Positions 32,744 to 45,989 of a DNA stretch of 64,000 bases are shown here, in pieces (the stretch's first letter is position 1; each line of letters starts with the position of its first letter). Under the pieces are notes generated by a model. It saw only the letters and a list, made by a program, of their open reading frames with translations. It did not search any database and had not been told where the DNA came from. The position numbers and the translations under genes were made by a program. This DNA is from the human T2T-CHM13v2.0 reference genome, Homo sapiens: NCBI RefSeq assembly GCF_009914755.1, contig NC_060925.1; one strand, 5' to 3'.

Positions 32744-34276
32744 AAGTGTGTGGTTTTTCAACTTGTTAGCTTGAAAGTAGGGTAAACATTTTAAAAAGAG
32801 AGAAGAAAAAGAGTGTGGTTTTCAAAGTGTAGCCTATCTCTTATTTTTTTGTTTTGAATCAGGCAGCCCCTGAACCAGAATAGATTCAGAGAGGCTCCTC
32901 CATATCTTGTTTTGAATCTCACTTCTGTTACAATGGAGATTATTACGGTACCAATCTCATAGCACTGTTGTGTGAACCAAATGAGACCATGCATATCATA
33001 GAGCTAAGACAGTTCTTGGTACACAGCGAGGATCCAATCAATGTTTGTATTAATAACAATAATAATAATTGTCTTTTCTATAAAGGGAATTGTACTTTCC
33101 TGTTAACTTACAATATAAAGCTGTATGTATTTTTTCTTGTAAAACTGGATATAGGAGAATTCTGGGAAGATGGCAGAGTAGGGAGCACCAACAATCTGTC
33201 TCTCTGCTTAGACAACAATTATACTGGCAGAATCTGTCTGATGCAACTATTTTGGAACTCTGGAATCTATTGACTGGAATCTGTTAAAGGTTTGTGACTT
33301 TCAGAGGAAGGCTTGGAGGGTAATTGTAGTTAATTTCAATCAGTTTCAACTCTTATCACAGTAGTAGCTACTCATCACCCTCCACCTCCCTTACACACAG
33401 CTTACAGGAACCGTGGTGGGGAAAAATCACCTGTCCTCCAAATATCATAAATCTGTTATCTGATAACTGGTTGCTGCTTCCAACCACAGAGCTACAAAGA
33501 GGCTGGAAGTCACTGTTGTTGCACCTCCCCACATTGTTGCAAGCCCCTTGTCCTCCAACTGAGGTGGCTTCTATAGGATTTAAGGGGCTAGCACCCTCTC
33601 TCCCCTTTCATTTTTCTCTTTTACCCTTTTTGGAAGCCAGACATTAAAGAATAGGGCATTCAAAACAACTGCATATATGGGGAAAATTAGAAATTGACTA
33701 TGCATGCTCAGGGAAAGGCAAGGCTCAGAAAAGACCTAAGAAGAACTTAAATGTATACCTTAGACTGAACCTTGGCACAGAGATAGCCTACAATATCAGA
33801 CAAAAACAAAAACAATAAATAAAAACAATTGTAAAAATCGGTAAGCTCTGGAGGAGAAAGATAAAATGATTTCCTGAGTTACATTATTAAATTCAAATGT
33901 CCAGTTTTTAACAAAGAAGTCAGAACTCACACAAAGAAATTGAAAAGTGTGGCCCATTTAAAGAAAAAAAATCAATACAAACTGTTTCTGAAAAATACCT
34001 GATAGTCTATCTACTAGATAGAGACTTTAAAACGACTGTTGTAGAGATGCTCAAAGAACTAAAGATGTGGAGAAAGTCAGGAAAACAAGGTATGAACAAA
34101 ATTTAAATATCAATAAAGATATAGAAAACCCCAAAAGAAGCCAAAATGAAATTCCGGAGCTAAAAAGTGCAATAACTGAACCAAAAAAAAATGTACTAGA
34201 GGTATTCAAAGGCAGATTTGAGCAGGCAAAAGAAAGAATCAGCAAACTTGAAGATAGGACAGTGGAAATTACTGCA

Positions 34277-34385
34277 AATTAGCCAGGCGTTTTGGTCAGT
34301 GCCTGTAGTCCCAGCTACTCAGGAGGCTGAAGCGGAAGAATAGCTTGAACCCCCGAGGCGGAGGTTGCAGTGAGCTGAGATCACC
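34277..34385 (+). mobile_element. Alu right-arm fragment, no head or tail
   Basis: aaattagccaggcg...gcagtgagctgagatcac. Confidence 0.9.
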
Positions 34386-34593
34386 GTTGTGTTGCAGTTG
34401 CCTACAGTACTCAGTACAGTAACATGTTGTACAGGTTTGTAGTCTACGAGCAATAGGCTATACCATATATCCTAGGTGTATAGCAGGCTATACTATCTGT
34501 GTAAGTACACTCTATGACGTTCACAGAATGACAAAATTGCCTGACAATGCAGTGCTCAGAATATATCCCTACCACTAAGCAACAAATGATTGT
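34386..34593. mobile_element. Tigger3/Golem (MER7-type) terminal fragment
   Basis: ttgcctacagtactcagtacagtaacatg...ctaagcaacaaatgattg|ta. One TIR followed by TA. Confidence 0.8.
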
Positions 34594-34947
34594 ACATAAA
34601 AATTCAATAATATTATCATCAGATTTCTTATCAAAAACTTTAAGGGCCTGACGGCTATGGGCTAATATATTCAAAGTACTAAAAGAAAAAAAAAATCTGT
34701 CAGCTAAGAACTCTATATCCAGCAAAACTGTCCTTCAAAAGTGAGGGAGAAATTAAACATTCCCAAATAAATAAATGCTAAGAGAGGTTGTTACCATCAC
34801 ACCTGCCCTGCAAGAAATGCTCAACAGGGTACTAAAGGGTGAAATGAAAAGACACTGGACAATAATCTGAAACCATATGAAGAAATAAAGATCTCAATAA
34901 TGGGAAATAAATGGAAAGTTATAAAAGCTAGAAGTATTATAACAATC

Positions 34948-35245
<298 letters not shown>

Positions 35246-35706
35246 TATAACATCCATTTTTATCTCCCTTTTTTTCTATATGATGTAAGACACTAACATA
35301 TGTTTAAAGTATTCGTCTAAAAGCTAGTATTATTGTAACTTTGGAATGTAACTCCACATTTTGTTTTCTACATAATTTGAGAAACAAATGCATTTAAGAG
35401 AATCATTAGTTTATGTTTTGGGGAATACAATGTATAAAGATATAATTTTGTGACATTAACAGCCGAAAGGGGTGGGGATGGAGCTGTGAAAGAGCAGAGT
35501 TTCTGTATGTTACCAATGTTACCCTCGTATTAATTCAAATTAGAGTGTTACAACTGTGGGATATTAAACGTAATCCCCATGGTAACCACAGAGAAAATAG
35601 CAATAGAATATAAACAAAAGGAAATGAGAAAGGAATTTAAATGTTTCACTACAAGATATCAACTAAACACAAAATTGGACAGTAATGCAGGAAATAAAGA
35701 ACAAAA

Positions 35707-36029
<323 letters not shown>

Positions 36030-37790
36030 AAAAACCTACAAGGCGTAGAAAACCAATCACAGACTAACAGAAGCAAATTCCTCGTTATGAGTAATTACTT
36101 TAAATATAAAAGAATTAAACTCTCCAATCAAAAGATAGAAATCAACAGAATGCATAAAAATTATTATCCATCCATCTCCTGTCTACAAGAGATTCACATT
36201 GGATCCAAAGACACAAATACATTGAAAGTGAAAGGATGGAAAAATATAATCCATGCAAGTAGTAACCAAAAGAGCAGGGGTAGCTATACCAATATCACAC
36301 AAAACAGACTTTAAATTGAAAAAGTTTAGAAGAAACGAAGAAGGACATTACATGTTAATTAAAAGTTCAATACAATAAGAATATATGACAATTATAGATA
36401 TTTATATACCTAATGACACACCATCAAATTACATGAAGCAAAAAACTGACAGAAATGAAGACAGAACAGACAGTTCTACAATACTAGTTGGAAACTTCAG
36501 TATTTCACTCTGAATAATGAATAGAACAAACAGAGGAAAGTAAGGAAACAGGGAACTTAACACAATAAACTACATAATTGCATGTCTACTAGACATATGC
36601 AGAACATTTCAGTATAGACAATATGCTAAGTCGCAAATTAAATCTCAATAGATTTGAAAAGACAGGTATCATAAATCTAATCACAAGATAAAGTCAGAAA
36701 TCATTCAAAAAAGAGGAAAATGAAAATTCACAAATTTGTGGAAATTAAACAATACATCCATAAACAACCAATGGGTCAAAGAAGAAATCCCAAGGGAAAT
36801 TAGAAAATACTCAGAAATGAATGAAAATGAAAACGCAACATATCAAAACTTATGGGACCCTGTGAAAGCAGTACTAAGGGGGAAATTTATAAGTCTAAAT
36901 GCTTATATTTATAAACAAGAAAGATTTCCAATGAACAACCTAACTTTACAACTAATTTAAGGAGCTAGAAAAATAAACAAAACCCAAAGCTAGCAGAAGA
37001 GAAGAAATAATAAAGATTAAAGCAGAGATAAACAAAATGTAGAACAACAATATTTGAAAATCAATGAAAACAAAAGTTGGTTCTTTAAAAAATCAACAAA
37101 ATTGATAAACTTTTAGGTAGATGGGCTGGAAAAAAAGAGAAGACTCAAATTACCAAAATTAGAAATGAATGCGGGACATTACTACTGATTCTACAGAAAT
37201 AAAAGAGATCGTAAGAGAATACTATGTGCATCAACAAAATGGATAACCCAGATGAATGAACAAATTTCTAGAAGCACAAAACCTACCAGCACTAAATTAT
37301 GAAAAAATAGAAAATCCAAATACTGTAATGAGGTACCATCCCACACCAATTAAGATATTTAGTATTAAAAAAAAACAGGAAATAATACATGTGGTGAGGA
37401 TGTCCAGATTGGAATCCTTGTGCACTGTTGGTGGAAATGTAAAATGGATCAGCCACTAAGGAAAAGAGTGTAGCAGTTCCTCAAAAAATTAAAATAGAAT
37501 TACCATATGATACAGCAATTCCACTTCAGGGTATGTAACTAAAAGAATTGAAATCAGGGTCCAGAAGAGATATTTTCCCATCGATGTTCTCATCATTCAC
37601 AATAGCTAAAACATGGAAACAACCCATGTCCATCAGTGAATGAATGGATACGCAAAATATAGTATATACATACAATGGAATGTTATTCAGCCTTGAAAAG
37701 GAAGCAAATTCTGACATATGCTACAACATGGATGAAACTTGAGTACGTTATACTAAGTGAAATAAACCAGTCACATAAAAACAAATACTA

Positions 37791-37878
37791 TACGTTGGTG
37801 CAAAAGTAATTGTGGTTTTTGCTATTTTTAAAAAAACAAGTAATCACAAAAACCACAATTACTTTTGCACTAACCTAA
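37791..37878. mobile_element. MADE1 (Hsmar1-derived MITE)
   Basis: gttggtgcaaaagtaattgtggtttttg ... caaaaaccacaattacttttgcactaac palindrome, flanked by TA. Confidence 0.95.
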
Positions 37879-38629
37879 TACATATTGCCTTTATATGAGG
37901 TACATAGAGCAGTCAAAATCATGGAGACATAAAGTAGAATGGTGATTGCCAGGAGCTGAGAGGGAGGGGGAAATTGGGGAGCTATTGTTTAATGGGTGTA
38001 GAGTTTCTGTTTTACAAAAGTAAAAGTGTTATGGAGATGAATGGCGGTGACTGTTGCACAATGTTATGGGTCTGTTTAATACCACTAAACTGTATAATTT
38101 AAAATGGTTAAGATGGTAAATTTATGATCTGTGTATCTTGCCACAATTAAAAAAAAATGGAAAAATTCCTAAATATAAAAACTTATTTAAAAATATTTGG
38201 CAAAGAAGATAAATATCCTACCACAGGTCTAATAAATTCCATATAATATGAAAAGTTACTTGTACATGGGAAGTTTATTTTCTACCAACGAAGTCTGTGT
38301 GTGTGTGTGCGCTCACACGTGCATGTGTGTGTGTGTAAAACGCTTACGTACTGCTATGATGTGAATGTCACATTTCTCCCAAATTCATATGAAATCCTGG
38401 TTGAAATCCTAACCACGCACGCTGCCCCGTGTGGTATTGCAAGACTAAGTACTTTGCCACAGTTTCCCAAATCTGAGCTACTTTTACCACCAGAGTTTAC
38501 ATTCCCATATCCCAGAGTCTGGAGTATGAAGTATGGTGTCAAGTATTAACAGCCTGGGTCTGATTCCATACTCTCAGCACCAAAAATTGTTCCTCAGAGT
38601 TCACATGTGATAGTTCAGTGCTGTCATGC

Positions 38630-39500
38630 TTTGCCATTCATGTATTTAACAAATATTTGTTAAGCACTAGGCATTGCGTTAGGTACTGGAAGTAGAGAGA
38701 TAAATAAGACACGGTCTGCGCACTCATGGCATACACAGTGTACCTACAGAACAGCAAATATGTTTCACTCTGGTGTCAACTCTGATGGATTTAGAGGGTT
38801 GCCCAGAGCACTGGTTAAAAATAATTCCAGGCAGTATTTGAATCCAGTGGGGAAAAGAGCCATAGACGTGGAAAGAAGGAATAGCTTTGAATGTTCGTTC
38901 AACTAGGTTTAGCTGGGGACAGACACATATAAAACAAAATATAATTTAATGTGGTAAATGCTATTCATGAGATAAGAACAAAGTCACATCAAAGCGCAGA
39001 GAAAGGAGTTAATTAATTTTGCCACGAGGGAAATAGAGTAAGGAAAGACCTCACTGAAGAGGCTAAATTGTAGCTGGGCCTTGATGGATGACTAAGAATC
39101 CAGTAGGTGGTGAAGTGGGGAAAGAAGATTCTAGTCCAAGAATACATCATGAGCAAAGGCACGGAGGTGTGTAAGCATGTGGGGTATGGAGACAACAGTG
39201 AGTAGTCCTGTTTGGTGAGAACACAGGGTGTGGAGATGATGCTGGTAGAAATGAGGCTGTATCATAGTAGATTGAGACCAGATTCTACTGCCTTATCCTA
39301 TAAGCCACAGGACTCATTGAAGGCTTTTAATCAAGAGACTGTATAGCCAAATATGTGCTTTAAAAAAGTTACTCAAGAAGAACTAGACTGGCAGTAGAGA
39401 AAAGAGAAACAGGCGGTGGGGGGGGCGGTGGGGCAGAAAGGAGGCTTCTGCAGACAAGGGACAGTAAGTGCCCAAATGGGGGTGGCGTGGGATGCGGGCA
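38630..39500 (-). mobile_element. L2 fossil
   Basis: cattcatgtatttaacaaatatttgttaagcact...ggactcattgaaggcttttaatcaag. Confidence 0.7.
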
Positions 39501-42289
39501 TAGAGAGAAGGAAATAGCACCATCTCATAGCGCAAGGATGCTCTTGAAAATGACCTATCATAAGAGCTTTGATCAATATAAAGAAAATTCATTAGTCTAA
39601 TTTTTTCATTGCTCATGTTCTAATATTAATGTTTGCATATGTGTATACATAATTAAATTACACATATAAATGGGAGTTCCAAGAGTAATCTCAGATTTTA
39701 AAATTTAGCCTCATGACAATCCTATAAAGTAGGTACTGTTACTCCCATTTTACAGAGAAGAAAACTGAGGCTCAGTGATTTAAAAAACCCAAGATAAGTG
39801 ATGTGAAATCACACATCTTCTAAGTGTCAAAGATGGCATTTGGACCCAGAGCAACTCAAGATTAATTACTATTCTATACCACGTGAACGATTAATTTGCC
39901 AATGTTATTATCCACCTGTAATATATGTTGAATCGCCTACATACATACCACTTCTTTTCACTTATATATATGAAAAGGTAGATGTGTATGACCCGTGTTG
40001 AAAGCAGGAGAAAATTACCAAGAAACATGAAAATAACAGTGAGTGAGCCCAACATCTGTAGTAACCCAAATGAGTTGGACTTGCAGTTTAAGAAAAGCTA
40101 ATAATTTTTTTCCTGAGTGCTGATTCATCAAGTAATTTTGATTCTCTTACTCTACTACAATCAACGTATTAATCAATCTCACTGGCAGTGTACCTAGCAT
40201 TGTGCTGGGGAAATACATCATACATCTTCCCAGGAGAAAGATCCCGGGACTCTGAGACAGGAGACATGGTTGGCAGCCCTGGCTCTGCCATTAGCCTGCC
40301 ACATGGGCTGGGACTATCCACTTGACTTTTAGGAGCCTCTCTTTCACCATTGGAAATAGCATCGATGATCACAAAGGTCCTTATCATGCCTTCAATGTTC
40401 TCGTGCCTGCCTTACAGGATTCATTTCGAGAAAAAAGAGTGGTTAGTACTCAACATAAAGTATAGTAATAAAACACATTCAATTGCCACGACTGGTTTAG
40501 TAATCACTTGGCCTCCTCTGAAACAACCTCCTAAATATGCAAGGGGAGTGTTTATCATTCCTGCGCCTAAGGAGCCTGACACTTCACTGAGAGAATGAGC
40601 TTTATAATTTCTTACTTTTTCAAAAATGCCTGCATTGAAATCTTGCAGGATGTTTAAAATGGCTTTTAGAGAACCTGAGGCACTTTGAAGTGGGTGGAGT
40701 TGTTCAATGCCTTATTCCTCCTTCCATTTCATCTTACGTAGAGAATCCCCAGTGGTGATTTTTATACATGTTAAGGTACTTAATCGAGACCTTTGGAGTT
40801 TGGCCAGTGAGTAGTTTGCTCTGAGACAAAATATTCTGAAAGATGGCTGGATACACATGCTGTTTCCTAGAATTAAAGATTGCAAATAGATGTATGCATC
40901 TGGTTTCTTGCAGGGGAAGACCAACCATAAGGTGAATGGAACATAAACTTGCTTTTGCCGCTTCAACAGCACCATCCGTTCTTGCTAGCATCTTTTTTAC
41001 TTCCAGAGGGTTTGAAGAAGCACGTGTTGTCTTGCAACAGTGCAGTCCCTGCTGTCTTCCAGCTCTAATTGTCAAGATGCTAGTCTCCAGAGAGCGAGGG
41101 CTCCAAGCAGTTATTAGAGATGATGGCATTCCTGGAGTGCTGGGGGGCATGCTCTGCCCTCCAAACTAAACAGTTCTCTTATGGCTTCACCCTATGCATT
41201 CCTCCTTATATTAATGCAGGAGCTGATAGATTGGTTGAGAAGCTGCAACTAATATTTTTGAGGGCATAAAAGATGATTGTGTTAGTTCTAATTCCAGAGC
41301 CCATCTTTTTAGCAGATTATGATGGATGACTCGCCGTGGTGGTCAGCGCCTCCTGTATATTTTAGGTGGAATGCTTTCTTTTGACACATACTTTACAGAG
41401 ACATATGTGTATCCTATTTTAATTAATGGAAGAAATGATTCACTCACAAGTGAAAGATTTAATTAAATAAAGGGTCAGCACTGGTCAGCCATGAATCGCA
41501 AAATACCTCAGGTGTTTATTAGTCTCTCTGCCATCTCTGCATGCTATCTGGAGTGCCACATGGCAGTAAAAGCAGGCCTTGCAAAGAAATGAAATGAAGT
41601 TTCATTCATTCATTCATCCAACAAATAGTAATTGAGCCCCTACTGTGTTTGAGGCACTGTGTTAGGCTCTGGAGATACCATGGGGAAGAAAGACCTAGTT
41701 TTTACCCTTATGGTGACTACAGTACAGTGGGGGAGGAAAGAAAAAAATGAGGAAAGGACAAAAAGGACACAGTTATTACAGATTGCAACATGCTTCATGA
41801 AGTAAAAATAACAGTTTGTGGGCGGTTTTCCTTGCAATGTTTTGTAATCATTTTTTAAAGAAATTAATACTCATCTTTACAATGCCATACTTGTTTAATT
41901 TTGGAATATATACCTGAAATCAATCTGGCCCCCATGCAGTAGATAAAATATTTTATTCCTATGAGCAGCAGCTATACATATTGAGTTTCCCAAACTTAGG
42001 ATCATTGTTATTTTCAGGAAATATTGGAGAACACAATTGCTTATCTCGTTAGCTCCTTCCTCTAAGTTGGTCAACCTTGTGCTTTGGAATCAGACAACCC
42101 TGGATTCAAATCCTGACTTCTTGACTTGTTCACTTTCTAACCTATAGTATTACTTTGCTTTTCTGACTTCAGAGAATAATAATAATAGTACATAAGACAC
42201 TGAGTCATTATGAGATAATACATAGAGTACCGAATACACAAAAAGGACTCCATTGATATTTGTAGTTCATGTTCTTGTTATATTATTAT

Positions 42290-42318
42290 TAGTAGTAGTA
42301 GTAGTAGTAGTAGTAGTA
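42290..42318. repeat. (TAG)n microsatellite
   Basis: Directly visible. Confidence 0.95.
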
Positions 42319-45300
42319 TTTTTCCCTCTCTTCTGGAACTTTCCACATTCTACTTTTTTCTAGTTGTTCATGGTATTTTCTTATTCTGTCATTTGGTTAC
42401 AGAGGTCACAACTCTTTTAGCACTGAACCCAGGTGATATATGGTTAATACTCAATAAATAATTGCTGAATAAATAAATAAAATTATTTCTACCTCTTTTT
42501 GGAACTGAGTAGAGAACAAGTTAACAATAAACAAAGTCTCCCGAAAGCTTCCCATGACACTTGGAATAAAATATAAATGCCTTGTCATGCTAAACGGGAG
42601 CCTACAGGCTTTGGTCTCTGCTTACCTTTCTAATCTCAAACACCACCACTTCCCCTTCCACACTGGCATCAGCCACTGGCTTTGCCTGTCTAGGGAATGC
42701 CTTTCCTCTAGAACTATGTATGGCTCACTCCTTCCAGTCTTTCTGCTCAGGTATCTTCTCCTCCAAGAAGTCTTCTCTAATCACCTTACCTATTCATTTT
42801 CTATATCCTTATCTTAATATAGTGCCTTATTTTTCCTTAAAGTGTTATTGCTGTTGGAAATTAAATTATAGATTTTTGAATTTACAAGTTGATTGTATAT
42901 CTCCCCCACTTATAACATACAAATTGCTGAGGGCAAGAGACTTGTCTGTCCTTGTTCAGCCCTGAGTCATCATGCCATTGAATGAATCAGACAAATGAAG
43001 AATCTATTTTTATTTTCCTGAGAAAATATAGGTGTAAGAACTATCCAAATAGTTTCCAAAGTACAGTAGCCTCTAAAATATAAGAACGTTCCCTAAAATT
43101 TCTTGCTTGCGGCAGGCACTTCTGAATTTAATTTCAGAATGACAGGAAAGGGAAAAATAAATTATTCTAGTCACATGGAAAATGAAGAAAAAACCAAAAG
43201 GAGGTCTCCCAACCCCCAAATTTTAATAGATTTCCTAAACAGTTTTGCTTTCTCACCATGAGTCTAACCTTTTTGTAACACTTCCTTTGCGATTAATAAG
43301 TAGCTGGTTACTCTTGTTCTCCAAGCCAGGAAACATGGATTTTCTTTAGTTTTCACATGATCTGGCCCAAAGCATCGAGCAGGAAACTTGGATGTTTCAC
43401 TTGGCATATTTCACTGACTGAGAACCAAAGAACTGCAAACAAGAGAGATGTCTCCATTTGCCTAGGACGTCTTCGTGGTAGAGGAAAGGCGAGAATCATG
43501 TATACCAAGATACTGTCCAGGAAATAACAACTGTGATTAACTCCCACTGGAATGGAAGAAAGGAGGGGAACTGGTAGATTTTCTTCTACTTCTAAAAATG
43601 TGAGCCATCAGAGCCTGGGTGTGCCATGTACAAGTTGTTGCATGGTGTGGGGCTTTGCTGTGGTTGTTTGGAGCGTTTTGTCCCGGAAGTCTCTCCAAAG
43701 AGCCTTGCCGGCTGTTCCTGGCAACGTCGGGCCTGGCTTACTCAGATTAGTGTTTTAGGAGAGGTGCTTTGGGGTAACAGAACTGGCTTCATTTCCACCA
43801 TGACCACATCGGCCCTGTTTTCTGCTGTGCAAAAACAAAATTCTAAAAAATGTTACCATACCAAATTGTAGGCTGCTTTTGTTTTATAAACAATTTTTTT
43901 AGTCTGTGGAAACTGTAATAAAGACTAATGACATATCCAGTTGTTTTCCAGAGCGCCAACTCAACTTGGGGGACTTTTTCTCTCAGCATGAGGTCCTGTC
44001 TTTCTTTCCTAGCAGATATTCCTGAAATTCATCTCCATGCGGTCAAGTACGTAGCAGTGGGGTGAAGTACTTGGCACCCCACCGTGGAACCATGAGCTTC
44101 TTTCTGCCTCTGAAAGAGGAGGTTTTGGAACCACCAATAGAGCACCAGTGGGCACCAGCTAGAGTCAAGGAAGTGTTCTTGGAGCGGATCTCAGTTCTGC
44201 CAGGCAAGGAAGAGGCTCCCTTGTAAAGGGTGTGATGCATTTGGGGCTCACATAGCCCACGGGCAGTGAGAATATTTCACGAAGGCTTTGTTATTCCCAG
44301 ATGCCTAGACAATTCCCTGAAGCTCATTGCTTTCAAATGCCTCGCTGCTCTGAGTACGATTTCATATGAGGGAAGCAAGATGAAAGCTTACAACAGGATG
44401 TCACTGATTTTTCAAACACAAAGCAGGCCAAGGTGATAATACTAATGGAACAAATGTGCTCTAGGAGAAAATCTAGTAGATTCTTATCATTTACACACAT
44501 GAAAAATCACAAAATCGAGGTGAGCGCCAGAAGCCTTTCCCTTGTAACCAAGAAAACTTGGGCTAGCTGCTCTAATCGCCTGAGGACAGATCCCATTTAC
44601 AACTGATTCCATCTACAGCTGAGGGAATCCGTGCAGTGTTTTCACTCCCAGATTGCATGAAGCCATGGTTAAGAATCAGACTGCCATCCCATGATTGTGC
44701 CTTAAATTTCACGTCTATAAAAACAGAAAAATAATAAACTTATCTAAAAGTGTTGTTATAAAAATTAAATAAACTAATCTACAAATGTGCTTGGCATAGA
44801 GTCTAGTATATAGTGAGTGCTCGATAAATATTACTTACAAAATAAAATTATTATTACAGTTATAATTTATGGCATTATTATTATAATTTTCACTGTCTTT
44901 TGAATTGAGATTGTCTTGTAGCCTGTATATTAAGAGGTAAAATACAAAATCACTGTTCTTCAAGGCAAATTTATTGGAAAAATACTACAGGTGATGCTAC
45001 AGATTTCTTTAAGTATATTCTTAACATTCTCTTCTACTAATAGTCTATAAGTCCCCTTTTAATATCTTCTTTACTATTCTTTCTTCAGTGCCTGATGCAT
45101 GAGACTCCTCAAAAAAAATTGCTAATTTTTTTTAGCAAATAAGTGTTCTTTATTCATACAGAAAAAATTCATTCATACTTTCAACCTAAGAAAGCTGATT
45201 GAAAACAACAGTAATAACTACTGCCTGAGTAACCTCTACTGTTCTTCCATCTAACACTTTTTCAGCAAAGAAATTTCCCTGGTGAGTATAAAAGTTCTAA

Positions 45301-45989
45301 GATTGATGTCATTGTGAGCAAGTGAGCTCTCCATCCTTGCATTTCACTCTTCCTGGTGGTCTCTGTTAAAGAGATCTCGCTCTTAAGAACAGAACCTACA
45401 AGACTGGCTAGAACATCTCCTTAGATACATCATTTGAAACACTGACTCATTATTTTAATAGCATCTTTCTTAAATTAGGGTCAGAATTCTTTTCCCAGCA
45501 TCATCCTTTCTATCTATTTTAAGACAGAGCCATCACTGTCTCATGTCCCCACTAATTGGATAAGTGGGTCTTTCTGACCTTGCAACAACTAAGTAGAAAG
45601 CATACTTAGTGACTGTAAAATTGACAGGCTTCTCTTTTTCTAAGTGGCAGGTATAATCTAGGACTTTTTGAACAGCACTTTGAGTTCCTACACTTTTCTA
45701 TAAAGGGGTTTATATGTGAGTTGGCAGAAGATGGGGAGTTAACAATGCAGGGATCTACCACGTTCATTTCAAGCCATGTGCAAGGGGTTTCCATTGCACC
45801 ACATGGAGAGAGTAACATGTTGGCAGATACCACCATGGCTTGTATTCTGACCCCTAGCCGGGAAATCTAGAAGCTGGGCCATGGGATAACCGGCCTTTTT
45901 GATGGTGGAGTCAGGAGACGGCAGCTGAGACTCCAGAGAGCTTTCCCCGCTCCTCTTCCATGTGAGGATATAATGAGAAATTAGCTCCC

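Noticed and set aside
40734-41150. 138-aa minus-strand ORF in unique DNA
   Set aside because: No recognisable homology; cannot support coding status without a search.
41340-41360. Partial CTCF-like motif cagcgcctcctgt
   Set aside because: Lacks the conserved CC half of the core.
44011-44046. Possible micro-exon (cctag|cag...caa|gtacgt)
   Set aside because: Weak donor and short length; indistinguishable from chance.
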